In this document: one piece after another, positions 1 through 10,756 of the stretch
Position numbering within the stretch: the first letter of the stretch is position 1
Layout: the number at the start of each line of letters is the position of its first letter
From: an uncultured Oscillospiraceae bacterium
GTDB taxonomy: Bacteria > Bacillota > Clostridia > Oscillospirales > Oscillospiraceae
Assembly (NCBI GenBank): GCA_910579725.1
Contig: CAJTUD010000005.1
Span: forward strand, 18,269-82,268
Length of the DNA: 64,000 nucleotides
Reading direction: 5' to 3'
Program-made: the position numbers and the translations under genes
The notes under the pieces: model-generated
Database searches by the model: none
What the model was told of the DNA's origin: nothing
Seen by the model: the letters and a program-made list of their open reading frames with translations, nothing else

Positions 1-1
1 G

Positions 2-679
2 GCCTGTACCCAGCTTCTGGCCTACTCCGAGCTGACCCTCAGCGAGAGCCGGGGCTGGCAGTATCTCAGCGAAGGGAGCCCCATCCAGCTGTTCGAGGGC
101 ACGCGGCAGGACATCGCGCTTCTGAGCCTGGCCAGCTACTTCACGGAGCTGACGGAGGCGGCGGCGCTGGAGAACGTGGAGAGCGGGGAAATCCTGTCGC
201 TGCTGCTCAACGCCCTGTACGCCCTGGGGGAGCTGAAAAAGGACCCGGCGCTGGTGAAGGCGGTATTTGAGCTGAAGCTCATGAGCCTTATCGGCTTCGA
301 GCCCCTGGCGGATGCCTGCGCCTGCTGCGGGAATCCGGAGCCGGAGGACCCGGTGCTGGACATCCGGGAGGGCGTGATCTGCTGCGGGAGGTGCGGAAAA
401 GGGGAGCGGGGGCTGGAACCGTCATTGCCGCCTATGGCGTCAACGACTGGTCCGGCAGGCCGCTGGCCTGCCCGTATGCCGCTGTCCCCCGGGGCCTTAG
501 CCGCTCTGCGGCGGGCGCTGTATGGGGAAGCGAAACGGCTCTATAGCTTCTCTCTGGCAGGGCCGGACCTCAAAAAGCTGGGGGACGCCGGCGAGGCGTA
601 TGTCCACGCCATGCTGGAGCGGGGGTTCAAGACGCTGGACTTCTATAAGGGGCTACAGATGCAGGAGGCGGACGGATGA
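2..679 (+). CDS. recO: DNA repair protein RecO, C-terminal part (5' end lies upstream of the window)
   Basis: The frame is open from base 2. The tail has a four-Cys zinc finger (CACCG...CCGRCG) and a helical C-terminal domain typical of RecO. The stop overlaps the next start (ATGA). Confidence 0.7.
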   Translation, partial: ACTQLLAYSELTLSESRGWQYLSEGSPIQLFEGTRQDIALLSLASYFTELTEAAALENVESGEILSLLLNALYALGELKKDPALVKAVFELKLMSLIGFEPLADACACCGNPEPEDPVLDIREGVICCGRCGKGERGLEPSLPPMASTTGPAGRWPARMPLSPGALAALRRALYGEAKRLYSFSLAGPDLKKLGDAGEAYVHAMLERGFKTLDFYKGLQMQEADG

Positions 680-1188
680 TCGAACTGAAAAAGGCGGGGC
701 CGCGGGACTGCGGCGCGATCCACGCCATGCAGGCGGAGGCGTTTGCGGAGCTGCTGGAAAAATATCGCGATACAGCAACCAATCCGGGGGCGGAGCCTTT
801 GGAGAGGATCAAGTCGCGGATGGCGCAGGATGCAACGGACTACTATCTGATTCTGGCGGAGGGCCGTCCGGCCGGCGCGGCCCGGGTCCAGCGGCTGCCG
901 GAGAACGTTTACAGGGTGTCCCCCATCTTCATCCTTCCCGCGTTTCAAGGGAAGGGGTACGCGCAAGAGGCCATGCTGGCGCTGGAGGCACTGTACCCCC
1001 AGGCGAAGGCATGGCGGCTGGATACCATCAGGGAAGAGGCAAAGCTGTGCCATCTGTACGAGAAGCTGGGATACCGGCAGACGGGCCAGGAGGAAGTTTT
1101 ACAGCCCGGCATGACCATCGTTTATTACGAGAAGCAAAAGCGGGCAGAATCTGGAGAAAAACATGGGGGAGAACAAAAATATGAATGA
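676..1188 (+). CDS. GNAT family N-acetyltransferase
   Basis: 170 aa with an acetyl-CoA binding motif Q-x-x-G-x-G/A (FQGKGYAQEAM) and a C-terminal YEKLGY segment typical of GNAT folds. Confidence 0.8.
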   Translation: MIELKKAGPRDCGAIHAMQAEAFAELLEKYRDTATNPGAEPLERIKSRMAQDATDYYLILAEGRPAGAARVQRLPENVYRVSPIFILPAFQGKGYAQEAMLALEALYPQAKAWRLDTIREEAKLCHLYEKLGYRQTGQEEVLQPGMTIVYYEKQKRAESGEKHGGEQKYE

Positions 1189-1963
1189 TGTGCTGAAGGA
1201 AATAAAAGACAGCTGGGATCAGCTGTCGGATTCGGCGTGGTATCGGTCCCTGCGGACAGACGGTAAAATCGCGGAGCTGATGGAAGATCCGGCCAGCGCT
1301 TTTCATCCCGGAATATATACGATGCTGAACAGCTGTTTCCCCGACTGGAAGGGGAAGCAGGTGCTTCTGCCGTCCAGCGGGGACAACCACGCCGCCTTTG
1401 CTTTTGCGCGGATGGGCGCGGAGGTCACCTCCACAGATATCAGTGAGCGGCAGCTGGAGTATGCCCGGGAGATCGCGGACCGTCTGGAACTTCCGATCCG
1501 CTTCGCCTGTGAGGACACCATGGAACTCTCAGGGATGGGGGATGAAGCGTATGATCTGGTCTATACCTCGAACGGCACGCATACATGGATCATGAATGTG
1601 AAGCGGATGTACCAGAACATCAGCAGAGTGCTGAGACCTGGCGGGTTTTCGGTCATGTATGACATCCATCCCTTTAACCGCCCCTTTACGGGAGAACCGT
1701 GGAAAAGTCCTCAAATCCAAAAGCCCTATGGGGAGATCATGCCCCACTGCCACTGGCGGGTGCAGGATCTGGTAAATGCCATGGCGGAGGCCGGGCTGTC
1801 CATCCGGGAAATGGAGGAACTGCAGGCGGTAAACGCCTCGTTCTGGTTTTCCTATGACGAGTTTCAGAGACAGGACGCGGCGAAGCTGGAGGGGATCAAT
1901 GACTGGACGCAAAATCCTATGGCGGCGCTGCCGGCCTGGATCGCGATCACTGCACAGAAATAG
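1181..1963 (+). CDS. Class I SAM-dependent methyltransferase
   Basis: Rossmann-like motif I region (VLLPSSGDNHAAFAFARMGAEVTSTDIS) and a post-I/II pattern (YDLVYTSNG, LRPGG). I prefer the ATG at 1181 (GGGGGAGAA SD 7 nt upstream) over the ORF-track start at 1163. Confidence 0.7.
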   Translation: MNDVLKEIKDSWDQLSDSAWYRSLRTDGKIAELMEDPASAFHPGIYTMLNSCFPDWKGKQVLLPSSGDNHAAFAFARMGAEVTSTDISERQLEYAREIADRLELPIRFACEDTMELSGMGDEAYDLVYTSNGTHTWIMNVKRMYQNISRVLRPGGFSVMYDIHPFNRPFTGEPWKSPQIQKPYGEIMPHCHWRVQDLVNAMAEAGLSIREMEELQAVNASFWFSYDEFQRQDAAKLEGINDWTQNPMAALPAWIAITAQK

Positions 1964-1990
1964 AGCGTTATCCGAATTTGGAGAAAGAAC

Positions 1991-4375
<2,385 letters not shown>

Positions 4376-4380
4376 AAGCC

Positions 4381-4410
4381 GGCGGGAGAGGGCTCCGGCC
4401 CTCTCCCGCC
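4381..4410. terminator. GC-rich 13-bp hairpin just after mutS2 (weak U-tract)
   Basis: ggcgggagagggc-tccg-gccctctcccgcc. It is followed by an A-run rather than a T-run on the + strand, so intrinsic termination is uncertain. Confidence 0.3.
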
Positions 4411-4507
4411 GTACCGAAAAAAGGGGGAAGACGGCGCTTTCGTAGAATTTCCCACAAATCGGTATGCAAAGCTCTTTTGCGGAAGGACAATTTTGTGGAA
4501 TGTGCTA

Positions 4508-4536
4508 TTGACGGGGACGGGGAAATTTGCTAACAT
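4508..4536 (+). promoter_or_regulatory. Sigma-A type promoter candidate for ptsH
   Basis: TTGACG - 17 nt - TAACAT, about 85 nt upstream of the ptsH ATG. Confidence 0.4.
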
Positions 4537-4620
4537 ATAAACTATCCTAAGAACGTAGCCGGGGTCTCCGGCTGTCATTCCGTATATGCAGATTGAGATT
4601 GAAGAGGAGATAATGGGTCT

Positions 4621-4887
4621 ATGTATACTCAGGAAGTCACCATCAACAACGAGGTTGGCCTGCATGCGCGGCCTGCCACCTATTTCATCCGCAAAGCCAA
4701 CGAGTTCAAAAGCGGCATCTGGGTCGAGAAGGACGAGCGCCGGGTGAATGCCAAGAGCCTGTTGGGCGTGCTGTCTCTGGGCATTGTCAAAGGGACTACC
4801 ATTACACTGATTGCCGACGGTTCTGATGAGAAAGAGGCTGTAGAGGCCCTGGCTGAGTTGGTCCGTTCCGGCGAATTTGGCGAGTAA
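4621..4887 (+). CDS. ptsH: Phosphocarrier protein HPr
   Basis: 88 aa with the His15 site GLHARPA and the Ser46 regulatory site (NAKSLLGV). Confidence 0.9.
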   Translation: MYTQEVTINNEVGLHARPATYFIRKANEFKSGIWVEKDERRVNAKSLLGVLSLGIVKGTTITLIADGSDEKEAVEALAELVRSGEFGE

Positions 4888-4907
4888 GAACCTATATACA
4901 GCGGATG

Positions 4908-4944
4908 AAAGACTGTTTCGGTGACGAAGCAGTCTTTTTATCTT
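4908..4944 (+). terminator. Rho-independent terminator after ptsH
   Basis: A 13-bp stem (aaagactgtttcg / cgaagcagtcttt, one G-U pair) with a gtga loop, followed by TTTTATCTT. Confidence 0.6.
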
Positions 4945-5126
4945 AGGTACAGGCCGGGGACTGTGACCGGCCGGCAGGGAGAACCGAAGTGGGAGCGTCC
5001 GCGGATGATCCGGGCGCTCCTCTCTCTTTGCCGGCCCTCTGCTGAGAGACGCTTACGCACAACAAGCGGCGCCGGGTATCTACCGGCGCACTGCCTGCTG
5101 CTGTGGGTAGCGTATATAAATGAGGG

Positions 5127-5155
5127 TTGAACGCCACTTGCGATAGTGGTATACT
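5127..5155 (+). promoter_or_regulatory. Sigma-A type promoter candidate for the hydrolase gene
   Basis: TTGAAC - 17 nt - TATACT, about 58 nt upstream of the ATG at 5213. Confidence 0.45.
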
Positions 5156-5212
5156 TTGCATGTACCGGCTCTACAAACTGAAGCTTCTACGTGAGATGAG
5201 ATAAGGAACACT

Positions 5213-6160
5213 ATGAGAAAAAGTGCTGTAAAGATAGCGGTTATCGTGTTTGCCGCAGTGCCTGTATTGCTGCTTATCATATATATCAATCATCAAGTCC
5301 GCCTGAAAGCGGAAACTGAATTGCGTTCGCCTTCAGGACAAATGGTTGAAGTTGGCGGACATGATATGAGTATCTATGTTGAAGGAACCGGCGATACGGC
5401 GCTTGTTTTTATGTCAGGCGGCGGTACCTGCTCTCCCATATTGGATTTCAAGTCCCTCTATTCTCTTTTAAGCGATCAATATCAGATCGTGGTTGTAGAG
5501 AAATTCGGATACGGTTTCAGCGATGTTGTCGATAAGGACAGAGACATTGATTCCATACTCGAGGACACAAGGACTGCTCTTGCCGCTGCGGGACTAAATG
5601 CGCCCTATGTCCTCTGCTCCCACTCAATGTCAGGACTTGAAGCCCTGTATTGGGCGCAGAAGTATCCTGAGGAGGTATCTGCAATTATTGGACTTGATAT
5701 GGCGGTGCCGGAGTATTATGACAACATGAACATAAATATGCTGGTTATGCGCATTGCAAGCTGGGCGGCTGATATGGGTGTCACTCGTTTGATACCGGGC
5801 ATTTCGGACAGTGACGCTATCAAGCATGGTACATTATCCGACGACGAAAAAGAAATCTATCAAGCTGTTTTCTACAGTCGGGCAGCAACCGTGACAATGA
5901 TAAACGAAGTGGAACGAGTAAAGGAAAATGCTGAAAAAGTGAACTGTATGGGTGTACCGCAGCTTCCAATGTTATTATTTATTTCAGACGGCTCTGGTGG
6001 AACAGGCTTTGATAAAGAATTGTGGAGGAAAATTCCGATAGAATATATATCACAGGTTGATGAAGGGGAATATATAGAATTAAATTGTCCGCATTATGTC
6101 CATGATTATGAGTACAAAGCGATAAGTGAAGGGATCAAGGCGTTCCTGCTGGAACGATAA
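5213..6160 (+). CDS. Alpha/beta hydrolase with N-terminal membrane anchor or signal
   Basis: 315 aa with a hydrophobic N-terminus, an oxyanion-type HG-like segment (LVFMSGGG), a nucleophile elbow (SHSMSG) and a late HY/HD region. The gene is clearly more A/T-rich than its neighbours. Confidence 0.8.
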   Translation: MRKSAVKIAVIVFAAVPVLLLIIYINHQVRLKAETELRSPSGQMVEVGGHDMSIYVEGTGDTALVFMSGGGTCSPILDFKSLYSLLSDQYQIVVVEKFGYGFSDVVDKDRDIDSILEDTRTALAAAGLNAPYVLCSHSMSGLEALYWAQKYPEEVSAIIGLDMAVPEYYDNMNINMLVMRIASWAADMGVTRLIPGISDSDAIKHGTLSDDEKEIYQAVFYSRAATVTMINEVERVKENAEKVNCMGVPQLPMLLFISDGSGGTGFDKELWRKIPIEYISQVDEGEYIELNCPHYVHDYEYKAISEGIKAFLLER

Positions 6161-6264
6161 ATTCCCGTTTACCGGGGGGGATTTTGTTCTATGGATGCCC
6201 GCAGCGTTGATGTGCGGGCTGGCGATGTCACAAAAGGGGCGAACCGTCAGTTGGAGGACGTTAT

Positions 6265-8091
6265 ATGACAAAGGAAGAATTACTGGAAAAAGCCAACAGC
6301 CTGCCCCTGGCTCCCGGAGTGTACCTGATGCACAGCAGGGACGGGGAGGTCATTTATGTAGGCAAGGCCAAAAAGCTGAAAAACCGGGTGAGCCAATATT
6401 TCCAGGCCGGCCGGGGCCACAACCTGAAAACCCACGCCATGGTGGGGCAGGTGGATGACTTCGACACCATCATCGTAGGCAGCGAGTTCGAGGCTCTGGT
6501 ACTGGAAAACGCCCTCATTAAGCAGTACATGCCCCGGTACAATATCCTTCTCAAGGACGACAAAGGCTACCCGTTCGTCCGCCTGAGCCGGGAGGCATAT
6601 CCCAAATTTTCCATCGTCAGCCGGGTCTCCGACGACGGGGCCAGGTACTTTGGCCCTTACGGCGGCCGGTTTGAGACCCGCTCCGCCCTGGATGCGGTAA
6701 GGGCCGCCCTTCACCTGCCCACATGCACCAAGACCTTCCCCCGGGACATCGGGAAGGAGCGGCCCTGTCTGAACCACCATATGGGCCGGTGCGACGGTTT
6801 TTGCCGGGCAGAGATGACGGCGGAAGAATATAACCGCCGGATAGATTTGGCGGTGCAGCTGCTGGAGGGTAAAATCCGGCTGGTGACAGGAACGCTGGAG
6901 GAGGAAATGCAGGCGGCGGCGGAGAACTGGAATTTCGAGGAGGCGGCCGCTCTCCGGGACCGGATTGCCGCCATCAAGGTGCTCAGCAAGCGGCAGAAGG
7001 TGTTTGCCGGAGTTTGCGCCGATACGGATGTGTGGGGGCTGTACCTGGGGATCAAGTGCTGCTACGCAGTGCTTCACTACGAGGACGGCCAGCTGACGGG
7101 CCGGGAAGCGGAGCTGTTTTCCGCCTCCGGTTTGGAGGAGGAAGCTGAGATCCTCTCGGCGCTATTGCTGCAATACTACGGCGGCAAGCCGGTGCTGCCC
7201 AGGGAGATCTGCATCTCCGCAGAAATTGAAGATCAGGAGGTTTTGGAACAGCTTCTGACGGAGCAGGCCGGACATAAGGTGTCTCTCCGGGTGCCGCAGC
7301 GGGGGGAACGGGTTCAGGTGCTGCAAATGGCGGCCGCCAACGCCCGGGAGGAGGCGGAACGGCAGACCACAAATCAGGAGCGCATTGACAAAACCCTGGA
7401 GCTGCTGGGGAAAATGCTGGGTTTGCCGGAGGCTCCGGTGTGGATGGAAAGCTACGACATTTCCAACACCGGCGCGGAGGATATTGTGGCGTCCATGGTA
7501 GTGTTTCACGGCTCCCGGCCCGCCAAGGAGCGGTACAGGCGGTTCCGCATCAAGGAGCTGGAGGGCCATCCGGACGATTACAGATCCATGGAGGAGGTTC
7601 TGACCAGACGGCTCACCCATTATATGGAGCAGGACAAGAAATTTATGCCTCTGCCGGACGTGATGCTCATCGACGGCGGCGAGCAGCACGCCAAGGTGGC
7701 CCGCCGGGTGACGGAGCGTTTTGGCCTGGCCATCCCCATATTCGGCATGGTGAAGGATGACCGCCACCGAACCAGAGCTCTGGTTACGCCTGAAGGGCGG
7801 GAGATCGGCATCAAGGGTACCCAGGCGGTATTTACCCTGATTGGACGCATTCAGGAGGAGACGCACCGCTTTGCCATCACCTTCAACCGGGAGAGCCACG
7901 GCAAAAGCGTCAAGGGCTCCGCTCTGGACAACATCCCCGGCGTAGGCGAGGCCAGGCGGACGGCCCTGCTGAAGCGATTCAAGAGCCTGAAGGCCATCAA
8001 GGAGGCTTCCCTGGAGGAGCTGCAGGCGGCGGTGCCCAAAAACGCCGCCGCGGCAGTCTACCAGTGGGCCCATTCCACACAGGATGATTGA
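6265..8091 (+). CDS. uvrC: Excinuclease ABC subunit C
   Basis: 608 aa with an N-terminal GIY-YIG domain (GVYLM...VIYVGKA...RV), a UVR domain (EEAAALRDRIAAI), an endonuclease V-like core and a C-terminal HhH2 (IPGVGEARRTALLKRF). Confidence 0.95.
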   Translation: MTKEELLEKANSLPLAPGVYLMHSRDGEVIYVGKAKKLKNRVSQYFQAGRGHNLKTHAMVGQVDDFDTIIVGSEFEALVLENALIKQYMPRYNILLKDDKGYPFVRLSREAYPKFSIVSRVSDDGARYFGPYGGRFETRSALDAVRAALHLPTCTKTFPRDIGKERPCLNHHMGRCDGFCRAEMTAEEYNRRIDLAVQLLEGKIRLVTGTLEEEMQAAAENWNFEEAAALRDRIAAIKVLSKRQKVFAGVCADTDVWGLYLGIKCCYAVLHYEDGQLTGREAELFSASGLEEEAEILSALLLQYYGGKPVLPREICISAEIEDQEVLEQLLTEQAGHKVSLRVPQRGERVQVLQMAAANAREEAERQTTNQERIDKTLELLGKMLGLPEAPVWMESYDISNTGAEDIVASMVVFHGSRPAKERYRRFRIKELEGHPDDYRSMEEVLTRRLTHYMEQDKKFMPLPDVMLIDGGEQHAKVARRVTERFGLAIPIFGMVKDDRHRTRALVTPEGREIGIKGTQAVFTLIGRIQEETHRFAITFNRESHGKSVKGSALDNIPGVGEARRTALLKRFKSLKAIKEASLEELQAAVPKNAAAAVYQWAHSTQDD

Positions 8092-8252
8092 GAACCTGTC
8101 TTCACAACCGCAGCACGCCGTTTGGCCGGTCTTTTTCCTGCCGTACTGCGTCGATTTCCCTTGCCATACGTCAGTATGCCTGTGGAAAATCTCCTTGTCT
8201 GACGGGAAAATTCTTGTCCATCCGGCATTCCCCGGTTGTGAAGACAGGTTCT
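8091..8252. repeat. 162-nt element bounded by perfect 20-bp inverted repeats
   Basis: agaacctgtcttcacaaccg (8091-8110) is the exact reverse complement of cggttgtgaagacaggttct (8233-8252). The left arm starts at the last base of the uvrC stop codon. The interior holds further nested short stems. Confidence 0.6.
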
Positions 8253-8422
8253 GAGAGGAGGTGAGACGGATGCGTCTCTGCGTTGGCTTCGCTCCATGCA
8301 AGGTCTGATCCGAACAGGACGGCATGGAGCTGATACGATTTTGACGACAACCGCATAACGTTCGGGCAGGCTTTGCAGTTTTGTATGCAACACAAACTGT
8401 ACAAAAAGGAGCAAAGTCTGAA

Positions 8423-9715
8423 ATGAAAAGCAAATTGTTTGACCTGAGAGGATTGAAATATTTCCTGATCCTTTGGAGCACCCAAACTCTTTCGGCCCTG
8501 GGAAGCGCCATGACCAGCTTCGCCCTGGTGATCTGGTCCTACCAGCAGCAGGGCTCCGCCCTGACCACGGCGGGGCTGTCCGCCGCCTCCTACACCCCCT
8601 ATGTGCTGCTGAGCGTTTTCGCCGGCAGTCTGGTGGACCGGTGGGACAAGCGGAAGGCGCTGGTCTTCTGCGACCTTTTCGCCGCGCTCTCCACGGCGGC
8701 GGTGCTGGTCCTGCTGAAAACCGGGCGGCTGGAGATCTGGCATCTGTGCAGCCTCAACGCGCTTAACGGGCTCATGAATACCATCCAGCAGCCGGCCACC
8801 GAGCTGGCAGTGACCCTGCTGACGCCCAGGGAGCAGGTCCAGCGGGTAGGGGGACTGCGGTCCCTCTCCGGCTCTCTGACGACCCTGCTGGCCCCGGCGC
8901 TGGCTGCTGCGGTGCTGACGCTGGCAGGGCTGGAGGCAGTCATCGCCATCGACCTTGTTACCTGCGGGGCGGCGGTGGGGAGCATCCTCTTCGTCATCCG
9001 CTTTCCGGAAGGGAGCGGCCCCAGGGAGAGAGTTCCTGTGCTGCGCTCTGCCTGGGAGGGCGTACAGTGGCTGCGGCGGAACAGGGGAATTTTGGATATT
9101 ATCCTGTTCCTGGCGGCTATCAATCTGATTGCCAGCGTTTACAACGCGGCGCTGGCGCCCATGGTCCTTTCCCGTCCCGGCGGCGGGGAGACGGTGCTGG
9201 GCGTTTTACAGATGTTCACCGGGGCTGCCAATCTGGGGGGGAGCGTGATGGTTACGCTCCTGCCCGCGCCGAAAAGCCGGGTGCGGGTCATCTGCAACAG
9301 CCTGCTGTTCTCCATGAGTACGGAAAACCTGATGCTGGCTCTGGGCCGTCAGGCAGAGGTTTGGTACGCAGGAGCCGTATTGGGCTGGCTGTTCATCCCG
9401 GTGATGAGCGCCAACTTAAACGCGCTGCTGCGGCTGCACATTCCGGTAGAGCTTCAGGGAAGAGTGTACGCCGCCCGGAACACTCTGCAATTTTTCACTA
9501 TCCCGGTGGGCTATCTGCTGGGCGGCTGGCTGGTGGACTGGGTCTGCGAGCCCTATATGGCTGGTCTGACAGCAGGGAATGGGCTGGTGCGGCTGCTGGG
9601 CGGCGGAAAAGGAAGCGGCGCGGCGCTGCTGTTTATGTGGATCGCGGCGGCCGGAGTGCTTGTCTGTCTGATTTTTCGGAGAGACCGGCATCTTTGGCGG
9701 CTGGAGGAGGAGTGA
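8423..9715 (+). CDS. MFS transporter (DHA3 / macrolide-efflux-like architecture)
   Basis: About 12 predicted TM helices. The N-terminal pattern FLILWSTQTLSALGSAMTSFAL and the D-R-W-D-K-R-K loop after TM2 are typical of the family. I prefer the ATG at 8423 (AAAAAGGAG SD) over 8381. Confidence 0.85.
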   Translation: MKSKLFDLRGLKYFLILWSTQTLSALGSAMTSFALVIWSYQQQGSALTTAGLSAASYTPYVLLSVFAGSLVDRWDKRKALVFCDLFAALSTAAVLVLLKTGRLEIWHLCSLNALNGLMNTIQQPATELAVTLLTPREQVQRVGGLRSLSGSLTTLLAPALAAAVLTLAGLEAVIAIDLVTCGAAVGSILFVIRFPEGSGPRERVPVLRSAWEGVQWLRRNRGILDIILFLAAINLIASVYNAALAPMVLSRPGGGETVLGVLQMFTGAANLGGSVMVTLLPAPKSRVRVICNSLLFSMSTENLMLALGRQAEVWYAGAVLGWLFIPVMSANLNALLRLHIPVELQGRVYAARNTLQFFTIPVGYLLGGWLVDWVCEPYMAGLTAGNGLVRLLGGGKGSGAALLFMWIAAAGVLVCLIFRRDRHLWRLEEE

Positions 9716-9718
9716 GCT

Positions 9719-10453
9719 ATGGGAAAAACGGCGTTCGTCACCGGCGGCAGCCGGGGCATCGGGCGGGCTATCGTCCGCCGTCTGGCGGCGGAGGGCTGCG
9801 CTGTGGGGATCAACTATCTGCAATCGGAGAAGGAGGCCAAAGCTCTGGCCGCGGAGATTTGCGGACAGGGAGGCTGCGCCGTGGCCGTTCAGGCGGACGT
9901 GGCGGATGGAGCGGCAGCCGCGGCTGCCATCCGCCGGGTGGAGGAGGCTTTTGGCCCTGTAGAGGTGTTGGTGAATAACGCCGGCATTGCGCACAACCAC
10001 CTCTTTCAGGACACCTCGGAGGAGCTGTGGAACCGGATGCTCGCCGTCCACGCCGGCGGCGCCTTCCATACCATTCAGGCGGTGCTGCCCCATATGCTCC
10101 ATGAGAAAGAGGGGTGTATCGTGAACATTTCCTCCATCTGGGGACTCCGGGGAGCTGCCTGCGAGGTGGCCTACGCCGCTTCCAAGGCGGCGGTGATCGG
10201 ACTGACCAGATCCCTGGCCATGGAGCTGGCGCCCTCCCATATCCGGGTCAACTGCGTGGCGCCTGGGGTCATTGAAACTGACATGGTCCGCACGCTGGGG
10301 GCGGAGACCCTGGCGAAGCTGGTGGAACAGACCCCCGCAGGCCGGCTGGGCCGGCCGGAGGATGTGGCGAAAGCGGTGGCCTTTCTGGTCCGGGAGGATG
10401 CGGATTTCATCACCGGACAGGTGCTGACAGTGGACGGCGGATTTATTCTATAA
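9719..10453 (+). CDS. SDR family oxidoreductase (3-oxoacyl-ACP reductase FabG-like)
   Basis: 244 aa with cofactor motif TGGSRGIGRA, NNAG, and catalytic S...YAASKAA. Confidence 0.9.
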   Translation: MGKTAFVTGGSRGIGRAIVRRLAAEGCAVGINYLQSEKEAKALAAEICGQGGCAVAVQADVADGAAAAAAIRRVEEAFGPVEVLVNNAGIAHNHLFQDTSEELWNRMLAVHAGGAFHTIQAVLPHMLHEKEGCIVNISSIWGLRGAACEVAYAASKAAVIGLTRSLAMELAPSHIRVNCVAPGVIETDMVRTLGAETLAKLVEQTPAGRLGRPEDVAKAVAFLVREDADFITGQVLTVDGGFIL

Positions 10454-10462
10454 ATATAAAAG

Positions 10463-10503
10463 ACCCGGCTCCTGGAATGAAAAACATTCCGGGGGCCGGG
10501 TTC
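10463..10503 (+). terminator. Rho-independent terminator after the SDR gene
   Basis: A 17-bp stem (acccggctcctggaatg / cattccgggggccgggt, two G-U pairs) with an aaaaa loop, followed by TTCATTG. Confidence 0.55.
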
Positions 10504-10554
10504 ATTGTCTCCGTATGAGACGCGTATCACAATTGGGCATTAAATTCATAAAAC

Positions 10555-10580
10555 AAAAAACCCACGCCTTGCAGCGTGGC
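10555..10580 (-). terminator. Rho-independent terminator of the 25-codon mini-gene
   Basis: On the minus strand: ccacgc-tgcaag-gcgtgg followed by GTTTTTT. Confidence 0.6.
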
Positions 10581-10612
10581 CTTCCAATTCTTCTTAACGC
10601 CGGGGAGAGGAT

Positions 10613-10690
10613 TTACCGCTCACTGATGGTGGTTTCGCGCTCACCGAAGATCATGTCGTCAATGTCGACACCGGTGAAGATGATGGTCAT
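10613..10690 (-). CDS. Unannotated 25-aa small protein (MTIIFTGVDIDDMIFGERETTISER)
   Basis: It falls below the ORF-track size cutoff. An ATG is preceded by GGAAAGGAAGTG at SD distance, with its own consensus-like promoter upstream and a terminator downstream. No similarity recognised. Confidence 0.45.
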   Translation of the reverse strand: MTIIFTGVDIDDMIFGERETTISER

Positions 10691-10727
10691 GTCTGCTATC
10701 ACTTCCTTTCCATATTAGATTGATACA

Positions 10728-10756
10728 AGTATAACACAGAGCGGTACAGATTGCAA
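10728..10756 (-). promoter_or_regulatory. Sigma-A type promoter of the mini-gene
   Basis: On the minus strand: TTGCAA - 17 nt - TATACT, about 40 nt upstream of the mini-gene ATG. Confidence 0.5.

Noticed and set aside
8251-8330. TPP-riboswitch-like fragments (CTGAGA ... GGTCTGATCCGAAC) upstream of the MFS transporter.
   Set aside because: Only the two short strings resemble the THI-box. The GGGG-type P1/P2 opening, the ACCC segment and the UGG-AUAAU-CCA hairpin are missing. Spacing and pairing do not reproduce the TPP fold.
10515-10718. 67-aa plus-strand ORF in the SDR/alpha-galactosidase gap.
   Set aside because: It has no SD and runs through a terminator hairpin. It is antisense to the far better supported minus-strand mini-gene with its promoter, SD and terminator.
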